A DNA stretch of 64,000 nt from Sedimentisphaerales bacterium (GCA_963663965.2 CAXXFK010000006.1:192001-256000); one strand, 5' to 3'. Positions 34,688 to 44,651 are shown, numbered from the stretch's first letter. The notes: generated from the sequence alone by a model not told the origin. Translations and numbers: made by a program.

Positions 34688-34953
34688 GCGGCGCCCGGGT
34701 AGGCGATTTGTATATGGGCCTGATCCATACTTGCGAGTTGAACCAGGTGAATCCATTTGACTACCTGACCGAAGTACAGAAAAACCAGCCCACTATCGCC
34801 GCCGATCCGGAAAAATGGATGCCCTGGAACTACCAGGAAAATCTCAAGACAGACTCCCCGGCCTGATCTGCTCGCCCATCTCTCCTGCCTCCCCCAACTG
34901 CCGCCCAGGAATTTTTGGGATTTTCAGGTTTTTCACCCTTGCCGAAAGGACAC
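34688..34953 (+). mobile_element. 3' end of a second IS66 copy (tnpC C-terminus + right IR)
   Basis: 'GARVGDLYMGLIHTCELNQVNPFDYL...WMPWNY' is the IS66 TnpC C-terminus; IR cacccttgccgaaaggacac at 34934-34953. Confidence 0.88.
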
Positions 34954-36130
34954 CATACAGGCACTCACCCGGGAAGTTCGCCGCCACCTCAACAAAACGC
35001 CGCCGTCCATGCGTCAGGCAGTTGCCCAGGATCGTCTTGAGTGATTCAGGGGCGTTACGGCTCAGAGCATCACACATCTGGATCGGATGCTGCCGGCCGG
35101 CGTGGCGCTGTTTCAGCAGTTCGGCCAAGTTCTCACCGGCATGGCTATGGCCGGTGAAGAACAACGCGATCCGGTGATCGTCCACAATGGACACAATGCC
35201 GGAGGTGAAGACGCCTTTACGCGGGTCTTGGGACGGGCCCTCGTGCTGCCGGCATAATTCCAGCACCTTCATGGTCGTATCATCATTGTGCAGCAGGCGG
35301 CCCTGGGCTGCCTGGTGGACCACTGCCTCAAACACCGGCTCAATCCGGTCAGCAACCTCTTCGACCATCTCCCATTGGGTTGCCGCCGGCAAAGGGATCC
35401 CCAGCGTGCCCTGGAGCCGCTGGAGGCGGTTGAACGGGACGCCGCTACCGTATTTCATCAAGGCGATCATACTGGCCGATTCCGCGTCGTATTTATCCGA
35501 TCCCATGCCGTCAGGGGGCGCGGCCGTGAAGAGTGCTCCGCATAAGTGGCATCGCAGCTTTTGCAATTCATACACCGTAGCACCCAAAGGGGCCTGGCCC
35601 TGGATGCGAATAATCCGGCCGGGAGTTGTCCCATAGACGGTTCCTTTTAGGCACTCCGGACAAGCATCGCCGGGTCTAAGGGAATCGTGCGGCACACGAA
35701 TTGTTTCCGCCCCCGTATAAGCATCCGTACCGTTCCGGCCATGTCCTTTGGTTTTAGGGGATGATTCGGGTGACAATTTGTCCTGTTTGTCATCCTGGCC
35801 GGGCTTGTTTTTCTGCTCGGTCTCGTCCAGAATCTTTTCCATGACCTTGCGGGTCGATTCCGTGGTGGCACCAAAGAGCATCTGTTTAAGCCGCTGGATG
35901 GAAACATGCTTTTTCTCCAGTTCCCGGGTCAGAAAAATCAGCGTTTCCATAGCCGCATGAAGCGTGTCGTATTCATCCTGGCTCAGAGCTGCCTTAGCAC
36001 GCTCCAGAATGGCCTCCAGTTCGCCCTGTTCCAGTTCCACGTATTCAGGACTGTGCGGCTTGCTGGAGATGGGTGTGCCGTGCCTGGACGTTTTGCCCAT
36101 CTGCCTTCGAAATCGTCTGAGATGGCCCAT
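34954..36130 (-). pseudogene. tnpC: IS66 TnpC DDE transposase, truncated
   Basis: Leucine zipper 'LKQMLFG', Zn ribbon CPEC/CHLC, 'HNDDTT', 'MCDA', 'CLTHGRRRF'; cut at 34954. Confidence 0.9.
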
Positions 36131-36193
36131 GTGCTCGATCCTTTCTAAAAAGGAATAGAGACATTATCGGACAAAACCAAGATACCTCTTGAT

Positions 36194-36562
36194 TCATTTT
36201 AGCAACGCCCCCTCTAACCGCCGCCACGGCTCAACGCCCTGGGACGCCGGATTGCCCCCGGATAGCAGAACACTCAACTGGTGGGCTTCCAGGGCATGGG
36301 TAGCCGAGAAGTCGTTCTGAGGCCACCAGCCGAAGCGCCCCTTGGAAAGCCGCTTCTGGCAAAGCCAAAATCCTTGTCCATCGTAGACGATAATTTTTAT
36401 GGCAGTCGCCCGACGGTTACGAAAAACAAATAATATCCCTCGAAACGGATCCTGTCGCAACTGATCCCGGCAGATCCGGGCCAAGCCGTCGATCCCTTTA
36501 CGGAAATCAGCCGGCTCAACGGCTACCAGAATCCGCATATGAGGTGTCAACTGGATCATCAT
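36194..36562 (-). CDS. tnpB: IS66 accessory protein TnpB
   Basis: 'DFRKGIDGL', 'FVFRNRR', 'YDGQGFWLCQKRLSKGRF'. Confidence 0.95.
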   Translation of the reverse strand: MMIQLTPHMRILVAVEPADFRKGIDGLARICRDQLRQDPFRGILFVFRNRRATAIKIIVYDGQGFWLCQKRLSKGRFGWWPQNDFSATHALEAHQLSVLLSGGNPASQGVEPWRRLEGALLK

Positions 36563-36964
36563 TCACCCCTTACAGAGCGTGTGGCTCAAGGCCGCCAGAT
36601 CGGGCAACTGAGGACCTTTCAGGTGGATACGGATCGTGGTCCCGTCTGATCGGTGGCACTCCAGGGCACACTCGGCTGCCGCCGTCAGTTCAGATGACAG
36701 CAGTTCGATGAACGTCGGACAGGTCTCAGCATCTGATGGGGATGCTGCCACCGTCGATTCCAACCGCTTCTTCAGACCGTTGTAATCCAACCGCAGGGTG
36801 CGGGCCGTCCGGTTCACGCCATAGGTCTGGGCCAACTTAACCGCCGCTGACCACAGCGAATCCGGCAATCGGCGGTAGCCCTTATGCTTCTTTCTGAACT
36901 TGCCAAAGCGTTCCCGACCGCGGACCAACCGGGCCGGTACATTCGATTTGGATCGGGTCTTCAT
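36563..36964 (-). CDS. tnpA: IS66 TnpA HTH protein
   Basis: 'RLPDSLWSAAVKLA...GVNRTARTLRLDY'; first gene after the left IR. Confidence 0.85.
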   Translation of the reverse strand: MKTRSKSNVPARLVRGRERFGKFRKKHKGYRRLPDSLWSAAVKLAQTYGVNRTARTLRLDYNGLKKRLESTVAASPSDAETCPTFIELLSSELTAAAECALECHRSDGTTIRIHLKGPQLPDLAALSHTLCKG

Positions 36965-37353
36965 ACATCGTCTCCATTATAGCATAGTCCTGACGACGTA
37001 TAAAATACCACCCGCGAAAATTTATGTCATGCACGCTTGCCGAAAATACACTGTGTTTCGAACAAATATTTAACTCTTTCGGCTAATCAAGCAACTTGAA
37101 TCGAACAGCTGGGGGGTTCGAAGTCGACCTCGCTAAAAACGGTAAAAAGCGCTTGCCAGCTAACCTTTTAGGGTTTTTGAATCGTCCGTAATTTATTTCT
37201 GAAATGGTCGTCCGATTCCGCTCAGGCAACCTGTTCCGTTGCACTCCACTTGAAAATCCCAGCAGAGTAGGGCCCAATGGGACCATTGGACGCGGTAAAG
37301 GTTAAGCGAAAAAGGTTTCAAGATAAGAATTGAAAGGAGGTCATGAAATAAAA

Positions 37354-37959
37354 ATGGAAACACAAAATCAAAATACCTTGGCTAATCCGGTCAGGATTAC
37401 CAAACTGGCGATGCAAGAAGAACTAGGCGAGCAATACAGCCGCTGCTGGTCGTTTGCCTTTAAATACGCCAGCGACGATCTGGAGTTCAATGAGCAGGTC
37501 GCCCGGCTGGGTCAGCGTTTTAATCTGCTGCGCAGTCAGGCCAGTTGGTTTATTAAAGGGGCGCATCGGATCCTGGTTAAGCAGGGGTCGATTATTAGCG
37601 ACGAACCGGTCAAGTTGGAAGTGCAAACAGAGCTGAGCGGTTTTTCCAGAAAACCAACTGCAAAACCGGCCTTTGACTATGTCTCGCAAACGGAGATGAT
37701 GGCGTTTTTAGCCGATCTGGAAGACCTTTTAAACCATCGGGACTATGCCGAGCACTGGGCTGAGCTGGAGCGTTTGCAGCAGATCGTGATGGAACAGCAA
37801 TGCGCCACGGAAAAAGAGGTCTTGAAGCTGTTTCATCTCCGGGCAGTTGTGGAAGGCGAGCTGGAAGCCCGGGAGCGTTTTTTTGACGCCTATCCGGTCA
37901 GTACTGACGCCTGGGAGAACGGCTATTTTGACAACGCCGGCAATGTCAATTACTGGTAA
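37354..37959 (+). CDS. Hypothetical protein (island)
   Basis: About 200-aa ORF with AAGGAGG upstream; followed by a gggca-gcga-tgccc + T-tract terminator. Confidence 0.65.
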   Translation: METQNQNTLANPVRITKLAMQEELGEQYSRCWSFAFKYASDDLEFNEQVARLGQRFNLLRSQASWFIKGAHRILVKQGSIISDEPVKLEVQTELSGFSRKPTAKPAFDYVSQTEMMAFLADLEDLLNHRDYAEHWAELERLQQIVMEQQCATEKEVLKLFHLRAVVEGELEARERFFDAYPVSTDAWENGYFDNAGNVNYW

Positions 37960-38232
37960 AGATCAAGGGCAGCGATGCCCTTTTTCTTTAATTTTTTATA
38001 GCCTTGGCCGGGCTGCCGGTGATGGCCCGGCGGCGCTCACTGGCGTTCGCGCGAAATGGCGAATGAGGCCGGGCCTTGGGCTGTTGTCCTCATGCACCTT
38101 GAAAAAGGGTTTATGGATCACAGTCTTTTTACTGTTTTATTTCTGATTGTTGGTCAAAGTGTTTGTTATTGATTTTTCCAGTTAACGTGAAAAATCAATT
38201 TCAAACAAAAATTAAATCATAGGAGGTAAACC

Positions 38233-38400
38233 ATGGCAGATGAAATCAAAGAATTGGCGTTCATGAAGACCAAGACCGGCAACGGTTACAAGGTCTGTGT
38301 GAATGACCGTTGGCTTTATACTTCAAGGAAGAATGTTGAAGAAGTCGTCAACGATGTCCAGACTACTTGTACTTTTTCGACAATCGAATCGGATAAGTAA
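38233..38400 (+). CDS. Small 55-aa hypothetical protein (not in the ORF track)
   Basis: AGGAGGT RBS 5 nt before ATG; MADEIKELAFMKTKTGNGYKVCVNDRWLYTSRKNVEEVVNDVQTTCTFSTIESDK. Confidence 0.7.
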   Translation: MADEIKELAFMKTKTGNGYKVCVNDRWLYTSRKNVEEVVNDVQTTCTFSTIESDK

Positions 38401-38584
38401 GCAGGCTTGGTGTCACCGGGCGCATTGTGTTTGTTATTATTTTGAGATTAACGCGGCCGGTGGCAAAGACCGGTTCGATTCGTGGAACCGGCATATAAGA
38501 TGTAAGGAGGTATTGTGAGCATGACAAAAACGGTTGGTCAGAGAGTGTACCAACCGTTAACGGTAGTCAAGTTAAAAAGTCAAA

Positions 38585-38773
38585 ATGGAAATCAAAGGGT
38601 ATAAAATGGAGATCATCATAACTGCTGATGATTTCGAACAGTCAATGAAACGAAAACCGAAAGATCAGAGTGAATTTGATGAATGGGTATCTTATGTTGA
38701 AGAAGATTTGATTAGTGATGATGTTGCCTGGGAGATGTTGTTTGAGTCTGCGAGTTATACTATGCAGGATTAA
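38585..38773 (+). CDS. Small acidic hypothetical protein
   Basis: 62-aa D/E-rich ORF in a run of co-oriented small genes. Confidence 0.55.
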   Translation: MEIKGYKMEIIITADDFEQSMKRKPKDQSEFDEWVSYVEEDLISDDVAWEMLFESASYTMQD

Positions 38774-38826
38774 GGTGAAACGATTTTTTTCAGTTCCGTG
38801 TGAAAAAAATCTCAAAGGAAGAAAAT

Positions 38827-39237
38827 ATGAGTGTTATCTATTTCAGCGATGCTGAATTGAAGCGTATCTACGATAAGCTTAACTGGCTGGCCGTAGATCG
38901 GGTTGATTTCAGCCCCCAGCTCGAAGAGCCAGCGCTGCGGCGCTGGCTGGTCCGGTTAGGCCTGAGCAATCGCCTGGCCTACCGGGTGACTTACCATGAT
39001 GGAGGCGCTGAATTGACCCTAGCCATACCTGACCTGGAGGTCGCGGCCGAGGGGGAGCTGGCGCTGAAACAGCTGATCGAACAGTTGGAATTACTGGATT
39101 ACAACTGTATCACCAATGGCGGTCAGTGTTTTGCGGATCAGCAGGATCTGGCGCTGTTAAATCGTCTGGTGGACAGTTTGCGGTGCCGTTATGTCCGGGA
39201 GCTGGAATGGGAATTGAACCGGGAGAAGCATAAGTAA
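38827..39237 (+). CDS. Hypothetical protein
   Basis: Helical ORF with an AAGGA RBS; 'LLDYNCITNGG' motif. Confidence 0.65.
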   Translation: MSVIYFSDAELKRIYDKLNWLAVDRVDFSPQLEEPALRRWLVRLGLSNRLAYRVTYHDGGAELTLAIPDLEVAAEGELALKQLIEQLELLDYNCITNGGQCFADQQDLALLNRLVDSLRCRYVRELEWELNREKHK

Positions 39238-39403
39238 CGAATGGACTGGTGCAACTTCGGACACGCTCCTCGAACGGGACGTTCCTGTTGGTATTTAATT
39301 TTCCCACCGCCTCAATTTTCCTTATCCTTTTAGATTTTTCCCCTGCGGGTCGCCGAGGTACCGCTCGGCTAAAAATGTAAAAGGCAGGAAAATCACCGGC
39401 TCT

Positions 39404-39664
39404 ATGGAAAAATTAAATGAACACCAACAGGAACTGGAGACCTTACTCGAGGAGCTGGCAGGCCTGGTCGATAACATGCGGTCGGTCCACTGGGCGATCA
39501 CCGACCTGATCACTGTATACAAGCAACCGACCGAGGAACAGGTGCGGCTATTGAATGCGTTTGGGATTCGTTATACCACCTTACTGACCCAGGCAAAGTC
39601 TCAGGCTATTATCGAGCGAAGATGTCGGGATCTCCTGACAGATATTGTTAGACAGGGGCATTAA
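39404..39664 (+). CDS. Small hypothetical protein
   Basis: 86-aa ORF; coiled N-terminus and a 'PTEEQVRLL...SQAII' C-terminal motif. Confidence 0.55.
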   Translation: MEKLNEHQQELETLLEELAGLVDNMRSVHWAITDLITVYKQPTEEQVRLLNAFGIRYTTLLTQAKSQAIIERRCRDLLTDIVRQGH

Positions 39665-40090
39665 GCTCCTTTTTTCTTTTTTAAGTTTTGCTATGGGACA
39701 GGTTCGGCCAGGCACGGCCAAACCCATAAAAGGCACTGAGCCCGTTATGAGGTCCGGGGCTCAGCTAACCTTTTAAGGCTTTGGCCTATTATGATCGGGG
39801 GGGAGTCACAGGTACTGATGACTCAGGTAGAGATCTCATTGGTGTGCCCAGAACCAATGAGATGTGAATCGTTGGCAAGCCATTTAGTTAGATGGATACC
39901 ATTATAAATGGAAGGTCTCGATGAGACCGAGTTTGTTTCAGCTCGTTGACGTAATTGGGCGCTGCAGGTCATAATCTATTACGATATCAGTGGGACCTGC
40001 GGTTTCTATATAGTCTCTTAAGATAAAATCTTGAGCAAGATGGCAAAGATATCTCAACAGGGAGACGGATACCGCTGTGGCCCTGTTGAG

Positions 40091-40307
40091 TTCCGGCACT
40101 GCCGGATTAGGAATTCTTCGGAACCGGAATACTGGGGAACCTGACGGTTCCAGACAGGGCTCTGACGATCCCCAGAAATAAGGGCCTACGGGCCCAATAG
40201 GGGTTCTTCGAACCCGGATTACAGGGGGGCCTGGCGGCCCCAGATAGGGCTCTTCGAGCCCCATTAAGACGGGGGCCTGCGGGCCCCCTTTTATAGCCCC
40301 TCAGGGG
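40091..40307. repeat. Array of about 10 short GC-rich hairpins containing a ~90-bp degenerate tandem duplication
   Basis: ggaacc-tgac-ggttcc, gggcc-tacg-ggccc, gggttc-ttc-gaaccc, ggggcc-tggc-ggcccc, gggctc-ttc-gagccc, gggggcc-tgcg-ggccccc; units about 40108-40197 and 40198-40290. Confidence 0.85.
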
Positions 40308-40612
40308 TCAGGATCAGGAATTATGCTCCCGTAGGTCGCCGGAATTTTGATTTGTTTTGAAGTAGGTGTTGGTTGGCAGATCTGACGGGTGTCATTAAGC
40401 CGGAAAACACGCTTGAAAGTTGATGTTCCACTGGAATAGAAAATAAAGGCCTTGGAACCGGAACGGAAAATAGAGCTGTAACTCCTTATGTGAGCGAAGA
40501 TACGGGTGATTATCGCTGTTTTATTCCGTTCCGGGGGCGGAACGGAAAATTCGGACCGAAAAGTATAAATAGCAGGTTGAATTTATCGGTTTAATCGGAG
40601 GGGATTGGACGG

Positions 40613-41041
40613 ATGGATGATCGAAAAGCTACTCAGGAATATGATCGGTATAAGAGCAAGGGGGAAGCCCGGATCGCCGGCTTTTTAAAGGAGCGGCAGA
40701 TCCCTTTTCAATATGAATATCCCCTGGCCATCAAGGACCGGGACCAGGTCCGGATCTGGTATCCGGATTTTCGACTGCCGGATTATTCGTTGATTATCGA
40801 ATATTTTGGCATGAACCGGAACCCGACCTATAACGATCAAATTGCCCATAAAATTCGGACCTACCAGGAGGCGGGTGTGGCTGGTATCTATCTGTGGGAA
40901 TCATCTTTCAACGGTGACTGGCAGGCCGGTCTGCTGGGCCGAATCCGCCAGGTGCAGGAGAGTCGGTTGCACCGGATCAGTATTCTGGAGTCGAATCTGA
41001 AAGACCGCATTCCGGTTGGAATGATTCGCCACACTGGATGA
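40613..41041 (+). CDS. Small PD-(D/E)XK-type nuclease-like protein
   Basis: 'KSKGEARIA..L....I.FQYE...YPDFRL....IIEYFG' motif. Confidence 0.72.
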   Translation: MDDRKATQEYDRYKSKGEARIAGFLKERQIPFQYEYPLAIKDRDQVRIWYPDFRLPDYSLIIEYFGMNRNPTYNDQIAHKIRTYQEAGVAGIYLWESSFNGDWQAGLLGRIRQVQESRLHRISILESNLKDRIPVGMIRHTG

Positions 41042-42995
41042 GAGTGATCCTGGGGGGGAGCAGCAGCCCCAGTTGGGCCAACCGTTTTTCAATGGCATGA
41101 TAGGCGGTTGGGGAGGTGGCGACGATAATGATCCGGGTGAAATGAGCCTGCAGATTTTGCCTGAGATTTTTGAGATAATCGGATTGCCCGGTTTCCACTT
41201 CCAGCGCGATGGTTTTCTGCTTTTGTTGGGCCACCAGATCCGTTCGTCCCACGGGTCGGTTCGCTTCCAGACGGACCTGATAACCCAGCTCTCGGAACCG
41301 TTGGGCATAGTACCGTTTCCAATAGGCATGGGCGATCGATTCCCGGATTTCCTGGGGGGGATCAAGGGCCAGAGCGGTTCGGGCCGACCGGGTAAGTCGC
41401 AGCAGGACAGTTCGGATCCGACCCGTCTGGATAGCCTGGCTCTCCAGCCAACCCAGGCGGAGCAATTGTTCTTTGAGTCGATTGCCAGAGCCGACCCCCA
41501 ACTTCAGCCGTCGATAGCGGGTCTTGACCCCATCATCCGGATAACGGAGAATATCCTCCAGTAGATGAAATGCTTCGGTACTGAGTGGGGTATCATAGCG
41601 TGGACTCCGTGGAACCGGAGCAAAATCGGCCGGCAGGGAGGTCTTTCGCCCGGAACCGGTTGGCTGGGACGGTTGATGTGAGCCCCGGGCCTGATGGAGG
41701 GCGAAATACCTGGCCAGCCTGGCATCGGTTACGGCGCCTTTTTGGTGTTGGAAATGAGGGAATCGGACCAGAAAAGGCTGCATCCAGCGATCCTGTAATT
41801 TGACGATGCCGGAACCGGTGGGCAGACGACTGAACCAGGATTTATCTTCCGCATCCAGCAGGCAGACCGCGGCGGCCTTATTGATATCGGCCGGGTCTTT
41901 CTGGTTCAGAAAGATGGTGGTATAGGTATTCCCCAGGGCCGCGGCAGAGAGCAGATGGGGATGCTGATCGATTACGACGATGCCGATCCCCAGCTCCCTG
42001 CACTGTCTTAGTAACATCTCGATAATGGTTTCACCGGAGGTCTGAGGATGCTTGTGCAGGATATGATGCGCCTCTTCGATAAAGATAACCAGCTTGAGTT
42101 CTTCCCGTTCGGGTTGACTGAGGCGGACATAATAAAGCCAGAGACAGAGCATCGGAATGAGAAACTTTTTGCTTTCCTGGGCCAGGGCATCCAGTTCTAC
42201 GACGGTGAAGCCATTGAGCAGTTGCCGAGTCAGTTGATCCTGACTGACTTGGTCATCGGTAGACAGGGCGGCGAATTCCAGACTCTCCAGGGCACGCAGG
42301 GCAGTCAGTTTCCAACCGGCTATGCGCCCCTTCTCCGGCAGGGCTTCCAGGTCCCTTATGAGCTCTTTCACGGTGGGACCAAGATGGCCACGGTCATACA
42401 GGGCAGCCAGTGTCTTTCGGATCAGACTGCGTGAGCCCTCTCCCAAGGTAAAGGCCTGACTCATAACATCCACTACCTGATTCACATAAACCGTGGGTTC
42501 GATTCCGGGAGGAACCATGAACGGATTAAAAGGAAAGGGGGCAATGGATCGTCCGGGGGTATATACTGCCAGACGCTGAGGAAAGTGGGGGATTAAATGA
42601 CGCACACTCCGCTTCCAGTCCAGGAACAGGACCGGAATCTTATGATCGATCAGCTGACCGAGTAAATGGAAGGAGACATTGGTCTTACCGGCGCCTGAAC
42701 GGCCCAGAATGGCCAGGTTCTGGGTCAGTTCCCGGCTGGAAATCCCTACCGGCCATTTCTCCACATCATATACTACCGTGCCTAATTGATAGGTCCCCCG
42801 GGCCTTAGCTGCCGGCGGAAGAGATAGCAGGATCTTCTGGGTAAAATCCCCTAACCGTCGATAAGCGGTATGAAGAATATGTTTGTCGAGCCGGGCCCGG
42901 GTTTCGGGGCTGGCTAGTTCCCGGGTCTGTTGCCAGATACGGGCCTGACCAGGGATCAGTGGCTGTAATATGCGAATGACTTTTTCGATTGACAT
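40977..42995 (-). CDS. HerA/FtsK/VirB4-like ATPase (DUF87-type) with C-terminal wHTH and PD-(D/E)XK-like domain
   Basis: Walker A GRSGAGKT, Walker B IFIEEAH, 'RQCRELGIG...DQHP'; C-terminal 'TDLVA...IALEVETG'. Confidence 0.82.
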   Translation of the reverse strand: MSIEKVIRILQPLIPGQARIWQQTRELASPETRARLDKHILHTAYRRLGDFTQKILLSLPPAAKARGTYQLGTVVYDVEKWPVGISSRELTQNLAILGRSGAGKTNVSFHLLGQLIDHKIPVLFLDWKRSVRHLIPHFPQRLAVYTPGRSIAPFPFNPFMVPPGIEPTVYVNQVVDVMSQAFTLGEGSRSLIRKTLAALYDRGHLGPTVKELIRDLEALPEKGRIAGWKLTALRALESLEFAALSTDDQVSQDQLTRQLLNGFTVVELDALAQESKKFLIPMLCLWLYYVRLSQPEREELKLVIFIEEAHHILHKHPQTSGETIIEMLLRQCRELGIGIVVIDQHPHLLSAAALGNTYTTIFLNQKDPADINKAAAVCLLDAEDKSWFSRLPTGSGIVKLQDRWMQPFLVRFPHFQHQKGAVTDARLARYFALHQARGSHQPSQPTGSGRKTSLPADFAPVPRSPRYDTPLSTEAFHLLEDILRYPDDGVKTRYRRLKLGVGSGNRLKEQLLRLGWLESQAIQTGRIRTVLLRLTRSARTALALDPPQEIRESIAHAYWKRYYAQRFRELGYQVRLEANRPVGRTDLVAQQKQKTIALEVETGQSDYLKNLRQNLQAHFTRIIIVATSPTAYHAIEKRLAQLGLLLPPRITLIQCGESFQPECGLSDSTPEY

Positions 42996-43138
42996 GCTAT
43001 CTATTCAATGAAATTGGAGCTGGATTCATAATGTTTGAACTGATAGACTCGATAGTAGAATATTTATTGCAGTCGTTTGGATGGGAGAATGGTATCCAGA
43101 ACATTTGTGGTTACAATTCAGAATAATTTAAGTTATAG

Positions 43139-43573
43139 TTATTCCGCCTCAAAGCCTGAAAAATTTAACTGTTCGTGTTCATTAATCAGGGCAAGTAATC
43201 GGTCTTCCAGGGTTTGTTTTTTGTCCTGCCATCGTTCGGTTAATTTACGGCGTTCCTTGTCAATTTCAAAGAGCTGGCGTTTGAGTTGATCTTGGCGGGG
43301 GTGATCGTCAATTGTGAGATACCAGGGCGTACGCTGGCGCATTTGCAGACTTTCGCTCACGGTCTGGCATTCCAGATGCAAGAGATGGCGCAGTTGATCT
43401 TCCCGTAATAGATTGAGTCGTTCCAGGTGTTCGCGGGTGAGCGCAATCTCCCGACGCAGGGTAGCGGGAATGGAAGGATCCCAGGCGATACTCCGCTCAG
43501 TAGCCAGTTCCCGGGCCTTGTCTTCCAGTGTTTTTCGGATTCTTTTCATCATATGATAGTGTTGGAATTGCAT
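43139..43573 (-). CDS. Coiled-coil hypothetical protein
   Basis: 144-aa heptad-rich ORF, co-oriented with the ATPase. Confidence 0.6.
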   Translation of the reverse strand: MQFQHYHMMKRIRKTLEDKARELATERSIAWDPSIPATLRREIALTREHLERLNLLREDQLRHLLHLECQTVSESLQMRQRTPWYLTIDDHPRQDQLKRQLFEIDKERRKLTERWQDKKQTLEDRLLALINEHEQLNFSGFEAE

Positions 43574-43597
43574 CTTAATAAGATTTCGCCTGATTGT

Positions 43598-44173
43598 CTA
43601 AGACAGCTGTTCGGCTTGCCTGAGGACCTCCCGGTATTTAATGCCCATCGCCGTCAGGTCATAGTGCCAGTGTTTTTTGCGGTGGATTCGGATCCGTTGC
43701 GCCAGACCACGGGCCACAAACAGCTTGACAATATCCCGAATGTTATTGGCGCTGATTTTAAGCCGGGATTGGCTTTGGCGCAGGATCCGTTTGAGTTCCG
43801 CCGGTTGCAATGGGTAAGTCAGGTATCGTAAGACAGCCGATCGATGCCTGAAACAGAGCCAGCCGTACAACGGCCAGTTCAGATCCGGCAGAGGGGAGAT
43901 TGGCGGCCAGGGTGGAACGGTTTTCGCCAAGATCCGATAGAGTCGTTGACCGGCAGCGGTGAGATAATAAACCCGGCTGGTCTGGGCGGACGGGTTCAGG
44001 CAATGAATCAGTTTTCTGCCGGCCAATTGGCTGAGGATATGACTGCATGTGGGCGCCGACAGTTGGGTGACCCGACTGATTTGGCGGGCTGTGCGCGGGT
44101 GGACCAGGGCGCGCAGAACCTGTCGGTAAGGGTATCGATCTTGCAGCCATTGGATGGTTGGTCGGGATGTCAT
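43598..44173 (-). CDS. Tandem winged-HTH (MarR-like) DNA-binding protein
   Basis: Two repeats ending 'YYLTAAG' and 'YDLTAMG', each preceded by HTH helices. Confidence 0.72.
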   Translation of the reverse strand: MTSRPTIQWLQDRYPYRQVLRALVHPRTARQISRVTQLSAPTCSHILSQLAGRKLIHCLNPSAQTSRVYYLTAAGQRLYRILAKTVPPWPPISPLPDLNWPLYGWLCFRHRSAVLRYLTYPLQPAELKRILRQSQSRLKISANNIRDIVKLFVARGLAQRIRIHRKKHWHYDLTAMGIKYREVLRQAEQLS

Positions 44174-44211
44174 GGTATCGCTAGTAAAAGAGTACCACTT
44201 TAAAAGGGTAC

Positions 44212-44229
44212 TATCACTTGAAAGTGATA
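44212..44229. promoter_or_regulatory. Palindromic operator-like site TATCACTT-GA-AAGTGATA
   Basis: Perfect 8-bp inverted repeat in the divergent intergenic region upstream of the wHTH gene. Confidence 0.55.
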
Positions 44230-44341
44230 ACGATATCCCCCTTTATAAATCTTACGGTTGATGGTCCCATGCCATTGATGGCACACCGGGTATGATATGA
44301 ATCAGTTCAAAGTAATTTAAACCAGAAAATCTGGTTCAGTC

Positions 44342-44542
44342 ATGAAAGCCAGATATCAATGCAGTAACTGTATGCGGGAGTTGGATATTGGGGTTGACGC
44401 CTTTGAGGTCCAGGAAGGAGTCATTGGCATGAAAGGATTCGTACCGTTGGAAAAACGGCTCGTGTTCTGCTGCGAAAAATGTCTGCGGGAATATTTCGAT
44501 CTGGGCGATCTGCCCAAGGTGCCCGAACGAATACCGCGCTAG
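44342..44542 (+). CDS. Small Zn-finger protein (CxxC...CCxxC)
   Basis: 'CSNC...FCCEKCL' TRASH/MYM-like pattern. Confidence 0.65.
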   Translation: MKARYQCSNCMRELDIGVDAFEVQEGVIGMKGFVPLEKRLVFCCEKCLREYFDLGDLPKVPERIPR

Positions 44543-44651
44543 ATTGAAACCGCTACTGAGAAACGGATTGAGTAATCAAAACATGATTTGCGGTGAGCGC
44601 GTTTGTTGATTGGAATTCATCGCTTTAAAAAGTCTATTTTAATTCCAAAGG

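Larger units (their letters stand above)
34954..37051 (-). mobile_element. IS66-family element, 3'-truncated
   Basis: Left IR gtgtattttcggcaagcgtg (37051-37032) followed by tnpA-tnpB-tnpC. Confidence 0.9.

Noticed and set aside
36194..36562. RNA-guided TnpB nuclease
   Set aside because: This is the unrelated 122-aa IS66 accessory TnpB; it has no RuvC motifs.
39938..40264. 108-aa Pro/Gly-rich ORF on the - strand
   Set aside because: Its repetitive content is explained by the GC hairpin array; no RBS or domain signal.
40091..40307. CRISPR array interpretation of the hairpin repeats
   Set aside because: No identical repeats, the period (~20-25 nt) is too short for repeat + spacer, and there are no cas genes.
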